DNA of 64,000 nt. Source: Candidatus Omnitrophota bacterium. Its GTDB lineage: Bacteria > Ratteibacteria > UBA8468 > MWAK01. Positions 29,389 through 39,946 of the stretch are shown one piece after another. The DNA lies in contig JAZDPL010000058.1 in the NCBI GenBank assembly GCA_043797665.1, positions 5,198 through 69,197 on the forward strand. The letters run 5' to 3'. The position numbers and the translations under genes were made by a program. Within the stretch, counting starts at the first letter, position 1. Every line of letters begins with the position of its first letter. A model generated the notes under the pieces. The model was given only the letters and a program-made list of their open reading frames with translations. It was not told where the DNA came from and did no database searches.

Positions 29389-30580
29389 AAAGATTCACAA
29401 GTTTTTTGCCTTCTTCCCGGAAATTGTATCTGGTTAAGACCGCTTCCTTTCCGTTCGCTCCCAGTTCCTCGCGCAAATCCGGTTTTTCGTAAAGCAATTT
29501 TATCTTTTCCGCCAGGTCTTTGGCGTCTCCAGCCCTGAATATCAGACCACATTTTGTATCTGCAATTATTCTCTGTAGTGAAGGGGTGTCGCTTGCCAGA
29601 ACCGGTTTCCCCATCGCCATATACTGGAATAGTTTATGAGGAGAACAGGCATTGGACTGGACGCTCCCTTCAAGCGGCACGAGGCAGATCGAACTCATTT
29701 TTATGTAATCGCCCAATCTCTCCAGCGGTTGCCAGGGTACAAAGGCGATATTATTCTGAAGATTATGTTTGACAACGAGATTTTTTAAAATTTTTTCGCT
29801 TTCCTTGTTTCCCCTTCCGACCAGCATCAGGATGATTTTCTGATACTGCTTGAGGTAAGATAACGCCTCAACCGCGGTTCTGACTTTGTAATAATGCATT
29901 ACTCCGGCATACAAAACAAAAAAACTTTCGGAAGGAAAGTTTACCCGGCTGCCCCCGGCATCTTCTCCGAATTCAAACCCATAGACGTTTCCGACCACAG
30001 AGATTTTACCGGGATTTATTCCGTGTGTCTGCACAAGCCGTTCTTTCATCTCCTGGTTTGTCGCGATTACGGCATCCGCAGCATTGCAGACAGTTCCTTC
30101 GTAAGCCAGCCAGCGTTCTTTTCTGTCCCGCAAGGCAATCATCGGATGTTTTATCCAATTCAGCCGGTTCTTCCAAAGATGGAGCGCGTAGGGATAATTT
30201 TCGTGCAGGTCCGCCACCACCGGGATTCCCTTTTTGCGGCTGACCGTGATTCCGGAAAGTACCATCGGCAAATCGTGTATATGGAGGACGTCAATTTTAA
30301 AGTCATCAACAAATTTTTCCAGGATACCGATGAGCGCCGGTTTGCGAAAGGTTAAGAAAAAGATGAGGCTGCCGACTTTTCTTGCCAGATAATTTCTCCC
30401 CCGGAAGTCAACCTTCCGCACCCTGATGCCACCTCTGGTGGTTTCCTCAGACTCTTTTTTCAGGTATTTTTTGTGGGATAAAACACAAACGGATATTCCG
30501 GCGCCGATGAGAGCACTGACTTCCTTTTCCACGCGAATGTCCGGAGGGAACTCGGCCTCAAGTACCATCCCGATTCTCAT
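29366..30580 (-). CDS. Glycosyltransferase family 4
   Basis: PPDIRVEKE, DLHENYP, PHKLFQYMAMGKPV. Confidence 0.88.
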   Translation of the reverse strand: MRIGMVLEAEFPPDIRVEKEVSALIGAGISVCVLSHKKYLKKESEETTRGGIRVRKVDFRGRNYLARKVGSLIFFLTFRKPALIGILEKFVDDFKIDVLHIHDLPMVLSGITVSRKKGIPVVADLHENYPYALHLWKNRLNWIKHPMIALRDRKERWLAYEGTVCNAADAVIATNQEMKERLVQTHGINPGKISVVGNVYGFEFGEDAGGSRVNFPSESFFVLYAGVMHYYKVRTAVEALSYLKQYQKIILMLVGRGNKESEKILKNLVVKHNLQNNIAFVPWQPLERLGDYIKMSSICLVPLEGSVQSNACSPHKLFQYMAMGKPVLASDTPSLQRIIADTKCGLIFRAGDAKDLAEKIKLLYEKPDLREELGANGKEAVLTRYNFREEGKKLVNLYERLLSG

Positions 30581-31248
30581 TCTTTAACCATGTATCGTTC
30601 AACCTTTTCCCTTAAAATCCTTTTCCCGCCGTGCATTTCGCTGGTAACGTCGGGATATTTGTCCGCAAAACCGAAAACGACGCCGCACATAATTTTCAGA
30701 TGTCCGGGTATCTCTAAGTTCTTCCTCAGAAAAAATTCAAAATTCTCTTCTATCGTAGCGTGCAAATTCAGTTTTATCTTGATTTTATTTATGAATTTTT
30801 TTATCCGACTTTTTTTCTTTTCCTCCTTTCTGTGGTATTCCGATAGATTAAAGATGCAACTGTCAATGCCTATGTTTTTTGCAAAATTGACCATATTTGT
30901 CAGCGCCAATCCAGTATCAATGTAGCAGAGATGTCTTGAAGCCTTTTTTTTCCTGTAAATCTTCCGGCTCATAGGTAGGGACATGTCGCAGAAGATTAAT
31001 ACGACGGCGGCAACCCCTTTGAAAAACGGTTTAAACTTAATTATTTCCGAAATCTTTTCTTCTTTGTCAATAACCAGGAACCTGAGTTCTTGGTTATTGC
31101 AGCCGGTCGGCGCCCATATGCCCGACTCAATTATGGATAATATCTTTTCCCTGGGAATTTTTCGGCCGTCAAACTGTCGGACGCTCCTTCGCAGTTTAAT
31201 CAGGTCAAGCAACTCTTTCCCTAAATTGTTGTTTGTTTCGTCTTCCAT
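30577..31248 (-). CDS. Nitroreductase family protein
   Basis: RRSVRQF, WAPTGCNNQ. Confidence 0.85.
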   Translation of the reverse strand: MEDETNNNLGKELLDLIKLRRSVRQFDGRKIPREKILSIIESGIWAPTGCNNQELRFLVIDKEEKISEIIKFKPFFKGVAAVVLIFCDMSLPMSRKIYRKKKASRHLCYIDTGLALTNMVNFAKNIGIDSCIFNLSEYHRKEEKKKSRIKKFINKIKIKLNLHATIEENFEFFLRKNLEIPGHLKIMCGVVFGFADKYPDVTSEMHGGKRILREKVERYMVKE

Positions 31249-31257
31249 AGTTTTAGG

Positions 31258-32583
31258 TTAGGGGTTGTTTAACAACCCCTTATCTCTGATCGCATTGACC
31301 AGTATCAATACACTCCGGTCAATTTGGTTGATTAATTCTCTTTTCCTCGTCAGCACCTTTTCTCTGTCAAACCAGCACCGGTTCTCGTCGTAACTTCTTA
31401 TCAAAGAAAGAGATTTTTCAGGCCCCATCTTTCTGCAATCTACAATTAAAAAATCGTCCAGGAACTGCGACATTATATCTCTGTATTTTATGTGCCATGA
31501 CAGACAAACTATCGGTACGGCCATGGAAAGTGCCGAAGACACGGAATGGTATCTACCGGTGACGTAAAAATTCAGCAGACCTATGAGGGCTCTGGCCTGG
31601 GCATAAGTCATTCCGGTATCCTGAATAATAAATACGTTCGTCTTTTTCTCCATGTCCGTGTAAATTTTTTTGCTTAAAGCCAGGTCGCACACCTTCATGT
31701 CTCTGCCGTCACCGATTGAATGCGGAATCAATAATACCTGCCGTCCGCTTTGCCGAAAATAATCAACGGCCATTTTAATCAGTCTTATATGGTTTTGTCC
31801 GCATGTTGAATCACGACCTTCCGCCTTTATTCCGGCAATAACCGAACTGGGGGAAATACCGGCTACGGGCTTTGAGGGGTCTGCACCCAGCTTGCTTATG
31901 TAATCCACCGCCCATTCCCTGCTTTCTGGAACCAACGCAATAGAAATATCGGGAAATGAATAAACCGGAACCTTCAAATTCAATTTTTTCAATCTTTTAA
32001 GGTTGTGTTCCCCCCGGACAAAGACAAAAGGGAGCCCGTCTAACTGTTTCTTTACGAAGAACCGGAAGATTTTGTGCGGAAAAGGGCCGTAGGACTTGGT
32101 ATATTTGAAGTAAGGCTTGCCGTATTTTTCTGCCAGGTATTGAAAACATACGGCACGCGCGCTGGAGGAAAAACTTTTCAGAAAAGTACTACCAATAAAT
32201 TCTATGCCGGATATATCTATGACCACATCGCTTTTTTTAAGAATATCAACCAGAAGCTCACAACGCCTTTCTTCAACGTACTTTCTGGGGACGGTACTCC
32301 AATTTTTTATAAACCGGATGAACCAGTAAGGAAGGTATGCGGAAAGACCGCATTTTTTTAGCGCGATGAGCGGGTCGGGAACCGGCGTGATGTTAAAGTT
32401 GAAATTATATTTTCCCAGGAATGATAAATCTTCCTCCCGATATTTTTCAGATAATACAAAGGTGTATTCAGCATTAAAATGTTCGTTAAATTTCTCAATT
32501 AGTGGGAAAGCAATTCCCTGTGCCCCGTAGTTGTGGCTCAAATAGGACAAGTCAGTAAGTAAAATCCTTATTTTTCTTGTCAT
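31258..32583 (-). CDS. Polysaccharide pyruvyl transferase family protein
   Basis: NYGAQGI, SYGPF, FVRG, FPD, TGRYHS motifs (WcaK-like). Confidence 0.82.
   Translation of the reverse strand: MTRKIRILLTDLSYLSHNYGAQGIAFPLIEKFNEHFNAEYTFVLSEKYREEDLSFLGKYNFNFNITPVPDPLIALKKCGLSAYLPYWFIRFIKNWSTVPRKYVEERRCELLVDILKKSDVVIDISGIEFIGSTFLKSFSSSARAVCFQYLAEKYGKPYFKYTKSYGPFPHKIFRFFVKKQLDGLPFVFVRGEHNLKRLKKLNLKVPVYSFPDISIALVPESREWAVDYISKLGADPSKPVAGISPSSVIAGIKAEGRDSTCGQNHIRLIKMAVDYFRQSGRQVLLIPHSIGDGRDMKVCDLALSKKIYTDMEKKTNVFIIQDTGMTYAQARALIGLLNFYVTGRYHSVSSALSMAVPIVCLSWHIKYRDIMSQFLDDFLIVDCRKMGPEKSLSLIRSYDENRCWFDREKVLTRKRELINQIDRSVLILVNAIRDKGLLNNP
31261..31279. mobile_element. Minimal GGGGTTG-TIR remnant flanked by TTA/TTA
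   Basis: tta-GGGGTTGTTTAACAACCCC-tta; encodes the last residues of the pyruvyl transferase. Confidence 0.65.
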
Positions 32584-32672
32584 ATTGTTAGAGTGAACCG
32601 TAACAGTTTAGTTTCCCTGAAAAAGTATATCCTTTTTACTGTAGATAGACATTTTTTTCTTTTCTCCTCTTA

Positions 32673-34034
32673 TTATTTTACCATAAGGTGGACCTGACGG
32701 GCGATGGAAAAAACGGAAGTAAGTCCTGGCGATTCAATGCCGATGAGGTTGATAAAACCGGGCAATCCCCGGTCAGCCTCATCCCGGATGATGAAGTCCC
32801 GGAATCCGTCACCTTGAATCCGGGGGCGGATTCCTGCCATATCCGGTCTGAAAGCTTCTTCGTCAAGTCCGGCAATCAGCCGCGATGCCTTCCGGTAAAA
32901 GGAACTCTTTTTGTCGGCGTCAACCGAATAATCTATCTTATCCACGTATTCCGTATCCGGACCGAAACGGAGTCTTCCGGCTAAATCAACGGTACTGTGG
33001 ACCCCTAATCCGGAAAGGTCCTCCTGAGGAACCGGGTAGACAAGTCTTTTGACCGGCGAAATCCCCTGATAGGAAAAGTACGAACCTTTACAGTACCGGA
33101 GCCGGTATCCTGCCTGTCCACAGTCAATACCGGCCAGCCCGGCAATAGTGTCCGCAGAAAGTCCGGCGGAATTAATCAAAATCCGCGTTGAAAAGGTATA
33201 ATTATCCTCTTTGATGCCGATAATATATCCCTCATTCTCCCTGTTAATAGCGACCACCTCGCTGTTAAAAGAAAAAAGAACGCCTGCAGTCTGAGCCATT
33301 GCGTAAAGACGTTTCATCAGGGTGTGGGAATCAATAATGCCGGTCTCCGGAGAAAGGATGGCGGCTACCCCTTTCACCTTGGGTTCCACTCTATTTATTT
33401 CCTTCTGCTCCAGAAACCGTAATCCTTCCACCCCGCTCTCTTTGCCCCGGTGCGAAATCTCTTCCAGAAAAGGAATCTCTGATTCCCCTGTGGCGACAAT
33501 CAATTTACCTGGTTTAGCGCAGGGAATGTTATACCTTTCGCAGTATTCGTAGAGGAGCCGCGCTCCCTCAACGCACATTTTGGCTTTCCACGAACCGGTT
33601 GGGTAATAGATGCCGGAATGGATTACTTCGCTGTTGCGGCTGCTGGTCTCCTGACCAAACGTCTCATGCCGCTCAAGAACAACCACGTTGTGGTATGGCC
33701 GGGAAAGTTCGGCTGCGACAGCCAAGCCCACTACGCCCGCACCGATAATGGTGATTTCAACCTCAGGGGTTGCCGCAGAATAAAATTGATTATTTGAAGT
33801 CCCAGATTTGAGGTCAGTGCAAGGCGCGAGGAAGGCTCTGTGCCCACTGTGGCACATAGCCGAGGAGCAACGCCGCAATGACCCAAAGATGGGACTTCCC
33901 GAAGTTTGGGCTGCGACTGCGTCGCTCATTGCTTCCGTACCACAGGGGGTACGCAATCTTCTTCGCTCCTTGTCTCGCTCCAAAATCACCTCTGGCAAAT
34001 AATCAATTTTATTCTGCGGCAACCCCTTAACCAA
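32673..34034 (-). CDS. NAD(P)/FAD-dependent oxidoreductase, L-2-hydroxyglutarate oxidase family; N-terminus occupied by a MITE
   Basis: IIGAGVVGLA, ETSSRNSEVIHSG, GIESPGLT; recognisable domain begins about 33764, upstream codons are MITE-derived, so the true start is uncertain. Confidence 0.8.
   Translation of the reverse strand: MVKGLPQNKIDYLPEVILERDKERRRLRTPCGTEAMSDAVAAQTSGSPIFGSLRRCSSAMCHSGHRAFLAPCTDLKSGTSNNQFYSAATPEVEITIIGAGVVGLAVAAELSRPYHNVVVLERHETFGQETSSRNSEVIHSGIYYPTGSWKAKMCVEGARLLYEYCERYNIPCAKPGKLIVATGESEIPFLEEISHRGKESGVEGLRFLEQKEINRVEPKVKGVAAILSPETGIIDSHTLMKRLYAMAQTAGVLFSFNSEVVAINRENEGYIIGIKEDNYTFSTRILINSAGLSADTIAGLAGIDCGQAGYRLRYCKGSYFSYQGISPVKRLVYPVPQEDLSGLGVHSTVDLAGRLRFGPDTEYVDKIDYSVDADKKSSFYRKASRLIAGLDEEAFRPDMAGIRPRIQGDGFRDFIIRDEADRGLPGFINLIGIESPGLTSVFSIARQVHLMVK
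33766..34026. mobile_element. 261-bp MITE with 31-bp perfect terminal inverted repeats
   Basis: GGGGTTGCCGCAGAATAAAATTGATTATTTG ... CAAATAATCAATTTTATTCTGCGGCAACCCC; flanks TCA/TTA; no transposase. Confidence 0.9.
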
Positions 34035-35148
34035 TCTTTTTTAAAATCCGGACGATGCGGCAAGCGGTCCTGCCGTCCCAGAGATGCGGTATACTGCTTT
34101 TCTTGTATCTTCCGGTCATAACCCGGTGAACCGTTTCTTTAATCTTCTCAGGATTAATACCCGCTAACGTAGCACTCCCTTTATCCAGGGTTTCTAACCA
34201 TTCCGTGCTTTCCCTGAGTACCAAACAGGGAATATTCATAATGGTCGTTTCCGTCTGTACTCCGCCGGAATCGGTCAGCACCATCCTGCTCTGGCTGAGA
34301 AGACTTGAAAAGTCAAGGTAACCCAAAGGTTCGGAAAAGATAATCTTACTTTTACGCACCAGATTCTCTAAATTAAAAAGGGTTAGATTTTTCCGGGTTC
34401 TGGGGTGACAGGGAAAGATAACCGGCAGGAATGAAGATATCTCCGTTACCACTTTTAATATCCGGATGAGGGTTTCCCGGTCGTCAACGTTGCCGGGCCG
34501 GTGTAAGGTCAAAAGGATATACTCACCCTTCTTAAATCCATACCTTTCTCTGACCCGGGAATGAATAATTTGTCCGGAGAAAAAACATTTAAAACTGTCT
34601 GCCATAATGTTACCCACGCAATGAATCCGGACCGGGGGAATTCCTTCCCGGATAAGGTTGCAATCAGCATAGGCAGACGGTGTAAAGAGAAGGTCAGAGA
34701 TGGCATCGGTCAAAAGCCGGTTTATCTCCTCGGGCATCGTCCGGTCAAAACTCCGTAAACCCGCTTCAATATGAGCCAGAAAAGGAGTCGGGGTGTTTTG
34801 CGCACAGCGAAACTTTACGGTCGCCAGGGCCGCAGCCAAAGTAGAATTGACATCTCCCACTACCATTACTATCGCTGGTTCTTCCTGCTGGAGTACTTTT
34901 TCGAATGCTACCATCACGCCAGCGGTTTGCCGGGCATGGGTTCCGGAACCAACCCCAAGGCAAATATCCGGGGAGGGTAGTTTCAGGTCCCGGAAAAAAA
35001 CATCTGACATATTCCGGTCGTAGTGCTGACCGGTATGAACAATAAGAGGTTCAAATTCGGCCGGAAATTTTTTTAATTCGTGCCAGAGCGGCGCTATCTT
35101 CATAAAGTTGGGTCTGGCTCCTGCTACCAGGATAATCTTCTTTTTCAT
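34027..35148 (-). CDS. wecB: UDP-N-acetylglucosamine 2-epimerase, non-hydrolysing (WecB/WbpI-like)
   Basis: GARPNFMKIAP, HTGQHYD, HIEAGLRS, TDSGG. Confidence 0.92.
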   Translation of the reverse strand: MKKKIILVAGARPNFMKIAPLWHELKKFPAEFEPLIVHTGQHYDRNMSDVFFRDLKLPSPDICLGVGSGTHARQTAGVMVAFEKVLQQEEPAIVMVVGDVNSTLAAALATVKFRCAQNTPTPFLAHIEAGLRSFDRTMPEEINRLLTDAISDLLFTPSAYADCNLIREGIPPVRIHCVGNIMADSFKCFFSGQIIHSRVRERYGFKKGEYILLTLHRPGNVDDRETLIRILKVVTEISSFLPVIFPCHPRTRKNLTLFNLENLVRKSKIIFSEPLGYLDFSSLLSQSRMVLTDSGGVQTETTIMNIPCLVLRESTEWLETLDKGSATLAGINPEKIKETVHRVMTGRYKKSSIPHLWDGRTACRIVRILKKIG

Positions 35149-35174
35149 GTTAATTTGCCATCAAAATGCATTGC

Positions 35175-35309
35175 TCTATCCCATCCCTTACCGATTCAAC
35201 GGTAAGGGAACCCGTAAGAGATAGGGGACCCGTATTCCCGCGTGTATTAGGCGGGAATCCATTTATTTTTGGTGTGGATACCCGCTTACTATCCGCGGCG
35301 GGTATGACA
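35175..35309. repeat. Nested repeat cluster: 24-bp hairpin element(s) plus an inverted pair of GTCATTCCCG-family hairpins
   Basis: CCCTTACC-gattcaac-GGTAAGGG (35185-35208), GGGGACCCG, TATTCCCGC..GCGGGAATCCA (35233-35261), TGGATACCCGC..GCGGGTATGACA (35275-35309). Confidence 0.75.
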
Positions 35310-36897
35310 GAGATTTTGTAGTCCCCGGTTCCAGAGAGGAAGGAGAATTCTTGAGGTATTTTTTCTTGCAGGCGGGACAGGTGCCTTTTTTGCCTGCGAA
35401 ATTCAGTTTAACTCCGCATTCGCACATCCAGCCGGTTATTTTAGCGGGAACGCCGGTAACTAACGCGTAGTCCGGAATATCCCTGGTTACCACCGCTCCG
35501 GCACCTACAAAAGCGTACCGGCCAATGGTATAACCGCAGACAACGGTAGCGTTGGCTCCAATGGTGGCGCCCTTCTTAACCACGGTTTGGCGCAGTTCGT
35601 GCCTCCGGGGTACGGCACTCCGGGGATTGAAAACATTGGTGAAGACCATCGACGGACCACAAAAAACATCGTCTTCCAAAATTACGCCTTCATAAACCGA
35701 AACGTTGTTTTGAATCTTGACGTTATTGCCGACGGTAACATTGGGACCGAGCACCACATTCTGGCCAATCTTACAATCTTTGCCTATCCGGGAACCACCA
35801 AGGATATGGCAAAAATGCCAGATCTTGGTTCCTTCACCGATTTCAACGCCATCGTCAACATATGAAGAAGGGTGGACAAAATAAGGAAGAGATTCTTCGC
35901 TTGACTCAGAATGACATCCGGCGGAAGGGTTGGAAAGGGAACGCTGGCACCGGTCAAGAATTTTAAGAACCCGCAGCCCCTCTTTACCATCGGTACGGGG
36001 CTGGTTCCGGTTATTCAGGCACTCTAAAAAATGGCGTGCTTCCGCCAGAAGGGGTTCTTCCATTTTAAGGAGCACCACCTCTGGCTCTGCTTTCTGAGCG
36101 GTGGGAACCCGGTCCTTCCAGGATACTTTGTGAGGATAAAGAACTAATTTTTCCGGAGTAGCGTCATCAAAAACCGCCATCTTCTCCTGACCAATAACCA
36201 CTAATTTTTGCTCCTTGTAAGGATGCAGCCAGGAAACAAAAATATGCGCCTGCACATCATTTTTAAATACGAAATGAGAAAGGGTTATGTCGGTAACACC
36301 CGGCTGGAGATAAATAGCGCCGGTAGCGGTCACTTTAATCGGTTCCTCTTCCAGAAGCATTAGAATAACCGAAATATCATGGGGGGCAAAAGACCACAGG
36401 ATATTCTCTTCACTCCGGATCTTGCCGAAGTTGAGCCGGTTGGAATAGAGGTAGTAAATCTGTCCCAGAGAGCCGGCGTCAATCAACTCCTTCAATTTCA
36501 ATACGGCCGGATGGTAGTTGAGGATATGGCCCACCATCAGGATTAACGATTTCTCTTCCGCGATACGTACCAGTTCTTTTCCTTCTTCTACCTTCAACGC
36601 TAAAGGCTTTTCCACAAAAACATCTTTTGAGTGTGACAAAACGGACCTGGTAATTTCATAATGACTGACCGCGGGCGTGGCAATAACAACAGCGTCTATT
36701 TCGGAATCAGCGAGGACCTCTTCGAAAAAAGTTGTGGGCCTGGGTTTCTTAGAACCGGAAAAATCACACGAAGCGAGAACGTTTTTTAAAACCGCAGGGT
36801 TTTCATCGCAAATAGTGTGTAAAACACCCAACCGGCTGAATACCCGGACGAGGTTCTTGCCCCAGTACCCGGCACCAATAACCGCAATATTCTTCAT
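35263..36897 (-). CDS. Gfo/Idh/MocA oxidoreductase fused to N-acetyltransferase (WbpB-WbpD-like)
   Basis: [15 protein letters not shown] in the N-part; [36 protein letters not shown] and CECG..CPAC in the C-part. Confidence 0.88.
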   Translation of the reverse strand: MKNIAVIGAGYWGKNLVRVFSRLGVLHTICDENPAVLKNVLASCDFSGSKKPRPTTFFEEVLADSEIDAVVIATPAVSHYEITRSVLSHSKDVFVEKPLALKVEEGKELVRIAEEKSLILMVGHILNYHPAVLKLKELIDAGSLGQIYYLYSNRLNFGKIRSEENILWSFAPHDISVILMLLEEEPIKVTATGAIYLQPGVTDITLSHFVFKNDVQAHIFVSWLHPYKEQKLVVIGQEKMAVFDDATPEKLVLYPHKVSWKDRVPTAQKAEPEVVLLKMEEPLLAEARHFLECLNNRNQPRTDGKEGLRVLKILDRCQRSLSNPSAGCHSESSEESLPYFVHPSSYVDDGVEIGEGTKIWHFCHILGGSRIGKDCKIGQNVVLGPNVTVGNNVKIQNNVSVYEGVILEDDVFCGPSMVFTNVFNPRSAVPRRHELRQTVVKKGATIGANATVVCGYTIGRYAFVGAGAVVTRDIPDYALVTGVPAKITGWMCECGVKLNFAGKKGTCPACKKKYLKNSPSSLEPGTTKSLSYPPRIVSGYPHQK

Positions 36898-36920
36898 ATA
36901 GTCTGTCATTTGTGTTTGTA

Positions 36921-39395
36921 TTAATTCAAAACGATATTGACCAGTTTATCCGGCACCAAAATAAACTTTTTAATTTCTTTACCGATAAGGAGGGAAGAAA
37001 TTTTAGGATTGGCAAGTACCAGGGACTTAACCTCTTCTTCTGAGGTACCGCTGACTATTTCTACATGGTCCTTTATTTTCCCGTTGACCTGAACCACTAT
37101 CTCCACCTTCTCTGCCTTAAGAAACGTATCACTGAACTTAGGCCAGGGAACCTTTACGACGGAACCCTTTTCACCCGTCATCTGCCAGAGTTCTTCGCAA
37201 ATATGAGGGCAAAAGGGCGATAACAGAATAACTAACGTTTTTAACGCTTCGGAAAGAATTCCCGGCTCAATATCTTTTCGTTTCGTTACGGTGGAAAGGT
37301 AGTTGCTGAACTCCATCAGGTGAGCGATAGCGGTGTTGAACTGAAATTGGTTCACCACGTCTTCGGTGACACTCTTAACCGTTTGATGCTGCCAGCGGCG
37401 CAGTTCTTTCACCCCCACCTCAAGGGGGAGGTTAATGTAGGGGTCGGATTTATCCGACCCGCGGGCTCGATGAATCGAGCCCCTACTTTCTTCCGTCTGT
37501 TTCTGGACATACTTATCCACTAAATTCCAGACCCGGTTCAGAAAACGCCAGCAGCCTTCTACCCCCTTCTCACTCCATTCCAAATCAACCTCCGGCGGAG
37601 CGGCAAAGAGGATAAAGAGCCGGACGGTATCCGCACCGTACTTTTTAATCATCTCCTCGGGGTCAACGACGTTTCCTTTAGATTTTGACATCTTGGCACC
37701 GTCTTTAATCACCATACCCTGGCAGAGAAGGTTGGTAAAAGGCTCGTCAGACTTAACCAGGCCGGTATCCCGCAAAACCTTCACGAAAAACCTGCTGTAG
37801 AGAAGATGTAATATCGCATGTTCTATACCGCCGATATACTGGTCCACCGGCATCCAGAAGTTTACCTCGGTGGAATCAAAAGGTTTTTCCTTCCGGTCTC
37901 CGGAAGCATAACGCAGAAAGTACCAGGAAGAATCAACAAAGGTATCCATCGTATCGGTCTCACGGCGTGCCACACCTTTACATTTGGGACAGGAAGTTCG
38001 AACAAACGACTCGTTTCCTAAAGGGGAACCGCCTTCACCGGTGATATTGACTTCTCCGGGCAGAAGGACCGGCAGGTCTGTTTCCGGTACCGGTACGGTT
38101 CCGCATTTATCGCAATAAACAATGGGAATCGGAGTACCCCAGTATCTCTGACGGGAGATACACCAATCACGTAAACGATAATGAATCGTCTTCTTCCCGA
38201 TGCCGGTTTCAGCCATCCAGTCCGCTATTTTTTCCTTCGCCTCTTCACTTGCTAAACCGTTGAACCGGCCAGAATTGGCTAATCTGCCCGGTTCTTCATA
38301 CGGAAGAGGCGCGGGTGAACCGCCAGGCAGACCGATTACTTCCCGGACGGAAAGATTATAAACCCCGGCAAACTCAAAGTCCCGACTGTCGTGTGCCGGA
38401 ACCGCCATAATCGCACCGGTTCCGTATCCCGCCAGGACATAGTTAGCCAGCCAGACCGGTATCAACTCGCCGTTAACCGGATTTTGAGCCGCAATTCCGG
38501 TAAAGACGCCATCCTTTTCCATCTCTTCGGAAAGATTTACCCGGCGGCATCGGTTCAGAAAAATTTCAATCTCGGCTCTCTTTTCAGAAACCGCCATAAT
38601 CTCCGGAACAAACGAGTGGTCCGGAGACAGAACTACATAGGTGGCTCCAAAGATAGTATCGACACGCGTCGTAAAGACCGAAAGAATCCTGTTCAAGGAG
38701 GGAACCGGAAAGAAAATTTCCACACCGACACTCTTGCCAATCCAGTTTGCCTGCATCACCTTAACCCGCTCCGGCCAGCCAAAGAGCTTGGAGTTGTCCA
38801 GGAGTTCCTCCGCATAAGCGGTTATCTTAAAGAACCACTGCTCTAATTCCTTCTGAACCACCCGGGTACCGCAACGCCAGCAGACCCCGTCCACTACCTG
38901 TTCGTTAGCCAGAACGGTCTGACAGGAAGGACAGAAATTGGCTAGAGACTTTCTGCGGTAAGCCAGCCCCTTTTGATGTAGTTTTAAAAAGAAGAACTGG
39001 TTCCAACGGTAATAGTCCGGCGCACAGGTGACAACCTCCCTTTCCCAGTCATAGGAAAGGCCCAGGAGTTTTAACTGACGTCGAACCGTATCGACATTCT
39101 GGTATGTCCAGTCAGACGGATGAACCCCCTGTTTTATCGCCGCATTTTCCGCCGGCAGACCAAAGGCATCGTAACCGATCGGGTGAAGAAGTGAATAACC
39201 GGCCATTATCTTCTGACGGGCAATCACATCGCCAATAGTGTAATTCCTTACATGTCCCATATGAATCTGGGCGCTGGTGTAAGGAAACATTTCCAGGATG
39301 TAAGCCTTCTTTCCTTCCGGCTTGGTACGAAAGGTTCTTTCCTTCTCCCAGAAAGATTGCCACTTCCCTTCAATCCCGGTTGGTTCGTACTTCAT
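36921..39395 (-). CDS. leuS: Leucine-tRNA ligase
   Basis: [20 protein letters not shown]. Confidence 0.97.
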   Translation of the reverse strand: MKYEPTGIEGKWQSFWEKERTFRTKPEGKKAYILEMFPYTSAQIHMGHVRNYTIGDVIARQKIMAGYSLLHPIGYDAFGLPAENAAIKQGVHPSDWTYQNVDTVRRQLKLLGLSYDWEREVVTCAPDYYRWNQFFFLKLHQKGLAYRRKSLANFCPSCQTVLANEQVVDGVCWRCGTRVVQKELEQWFFKITAYAEELLDNSKLFGWPERVKVMQANWIGKSVGVEIFFPVPSLNRILSVFTTRVDTIFGATYVVLSPDHSFVPEIMAVSEKRAEIEIFLNRCRRVNLSEEMEKDGVFTGIAAQNPVNGELIPVWLANYVLAGYGTGAIMAVPAHDSRDFEFAGVYNLSVREVIGLPGGSPAPLPYEEPGRLANSGRFNGLASEEAKEKIADWMAETGIGKKTIHYRLRDWCISRQRYWGTPIPIVYCDKCGTVPVPETDLPVLLPGEVNITGEGGSPLGNESFVRTSCPKCKGVARRETDTMDTFVDSSWYFLRYASGDRKEKPFDSTEVNFWMPVDQYIGGIEHAILHLLYSRFFVKVLRDTGLVKSDEPFTNLLCQGMVIKDGAKMSKSKGNVVDPEEMIKKYGADTVRLFILFAAPPEVDLEWSEKGVEGCWRFLNRVWNLVDKYVQKQTEESRGSIHRARGSDKSDPYINLPLEVGVKELRRWQHQTVKSVTEDVVNQFQFNTAIAHLMEFSNYLSTVTKRKDIEPGILSEALKTLVILLSPFCPHICEELWQMTGEKGSVVKVPWPKFSDTFLKAEKVEIVVQVNGKIKDHVEIVSGTSEEEVKSLVLANPKISSLLIGKEIKKFILVPDKLVNIVLN
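37437..37486. repeat. GTAG-family REP doublet inside leuS
   Basis: GTAGGGGTCGGATTTATCCGACCC-GC-GGGCTCGATGAATCGAGCCCCTAC. Confidence 0.92.
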
Positions 39396-39466
39396 AAAAT
39401 CTACATCAAATTCTCTATGCTCCTAATGCCCGTTGTGCAGGAACACAGGGTAATTTACTGGTGTCT

Positions 39467-39703
39467 TTAATCCACCGCTTTCTGTACCGCTTCCTGCCTC
39501 TCTTCTAATTTCCCTTTCCCGGGACGGATTTGCGCTGACCAGGCGGCAACCTCATTCCAATCCCACACTACGTGTACTTCCCTCCACCTTACGCCTTCTT
39601 TGGTGAGCTTTTCCACGCGAAGTCCGTGTATTGACCACATAAATAAGAGGAAGGCAATACCCAGGAAAGTCAAAAAGATCAGATATGGTTTATTTGATTC
39701 CAT
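39467..39703 (-). CDS. Small membrane-anchored hypothetical protein (78 aa)
   Basis: ATG at 39703 immediately after tRNA-Ala; N-terminal TM helix. Confidence 0.45.
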   Translation of the reverse strand: MESNKPYLIFLTFLGIAFLLFMWSIHGLRVEKLTKEGVRWREVHVVWDWNEVAAWSAQIRPGKGKLEERQEAVQKAVD

Positions 39704-39705
39704 AG

Positions 39706-39778
<73 letters not shown>

Positions 39779-39789
39779 GTTTCTTTAAA

Positions 39790-39818
39790 ATTATAGCCTT
39801 TTTCTTCGTTTCCGTCAA
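39790..39818 (-). promoter_or_regulatory. Sigma70 promoter for tRNA-Ala
   Basis: TTGACG-17 bp-TATAAT on the minus strand. Confidence 0.75.
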
Positions 39819-39868
39819 TTCCCAGAAGGCTAAATTCCGTAAAAATCCTATAATTCATTTCCGGAGAC

Positions 39869-39896
39869 TTGACAAAGTTCCGGAAAATGGTACAAT
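39869..39896 (+). promoter_or_regulatory. Sigma70 promoter upstream of small ORF and 16S
   Basis: TTGACA-16 bp-TACAAT with extended TG. Confidence 0.7.
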
Positions 39897-39946
39897 ATCT
39901 TAAATCATAGAATTTTCGTTGTATCCGAAGGGAGGTGAAATAGTAA

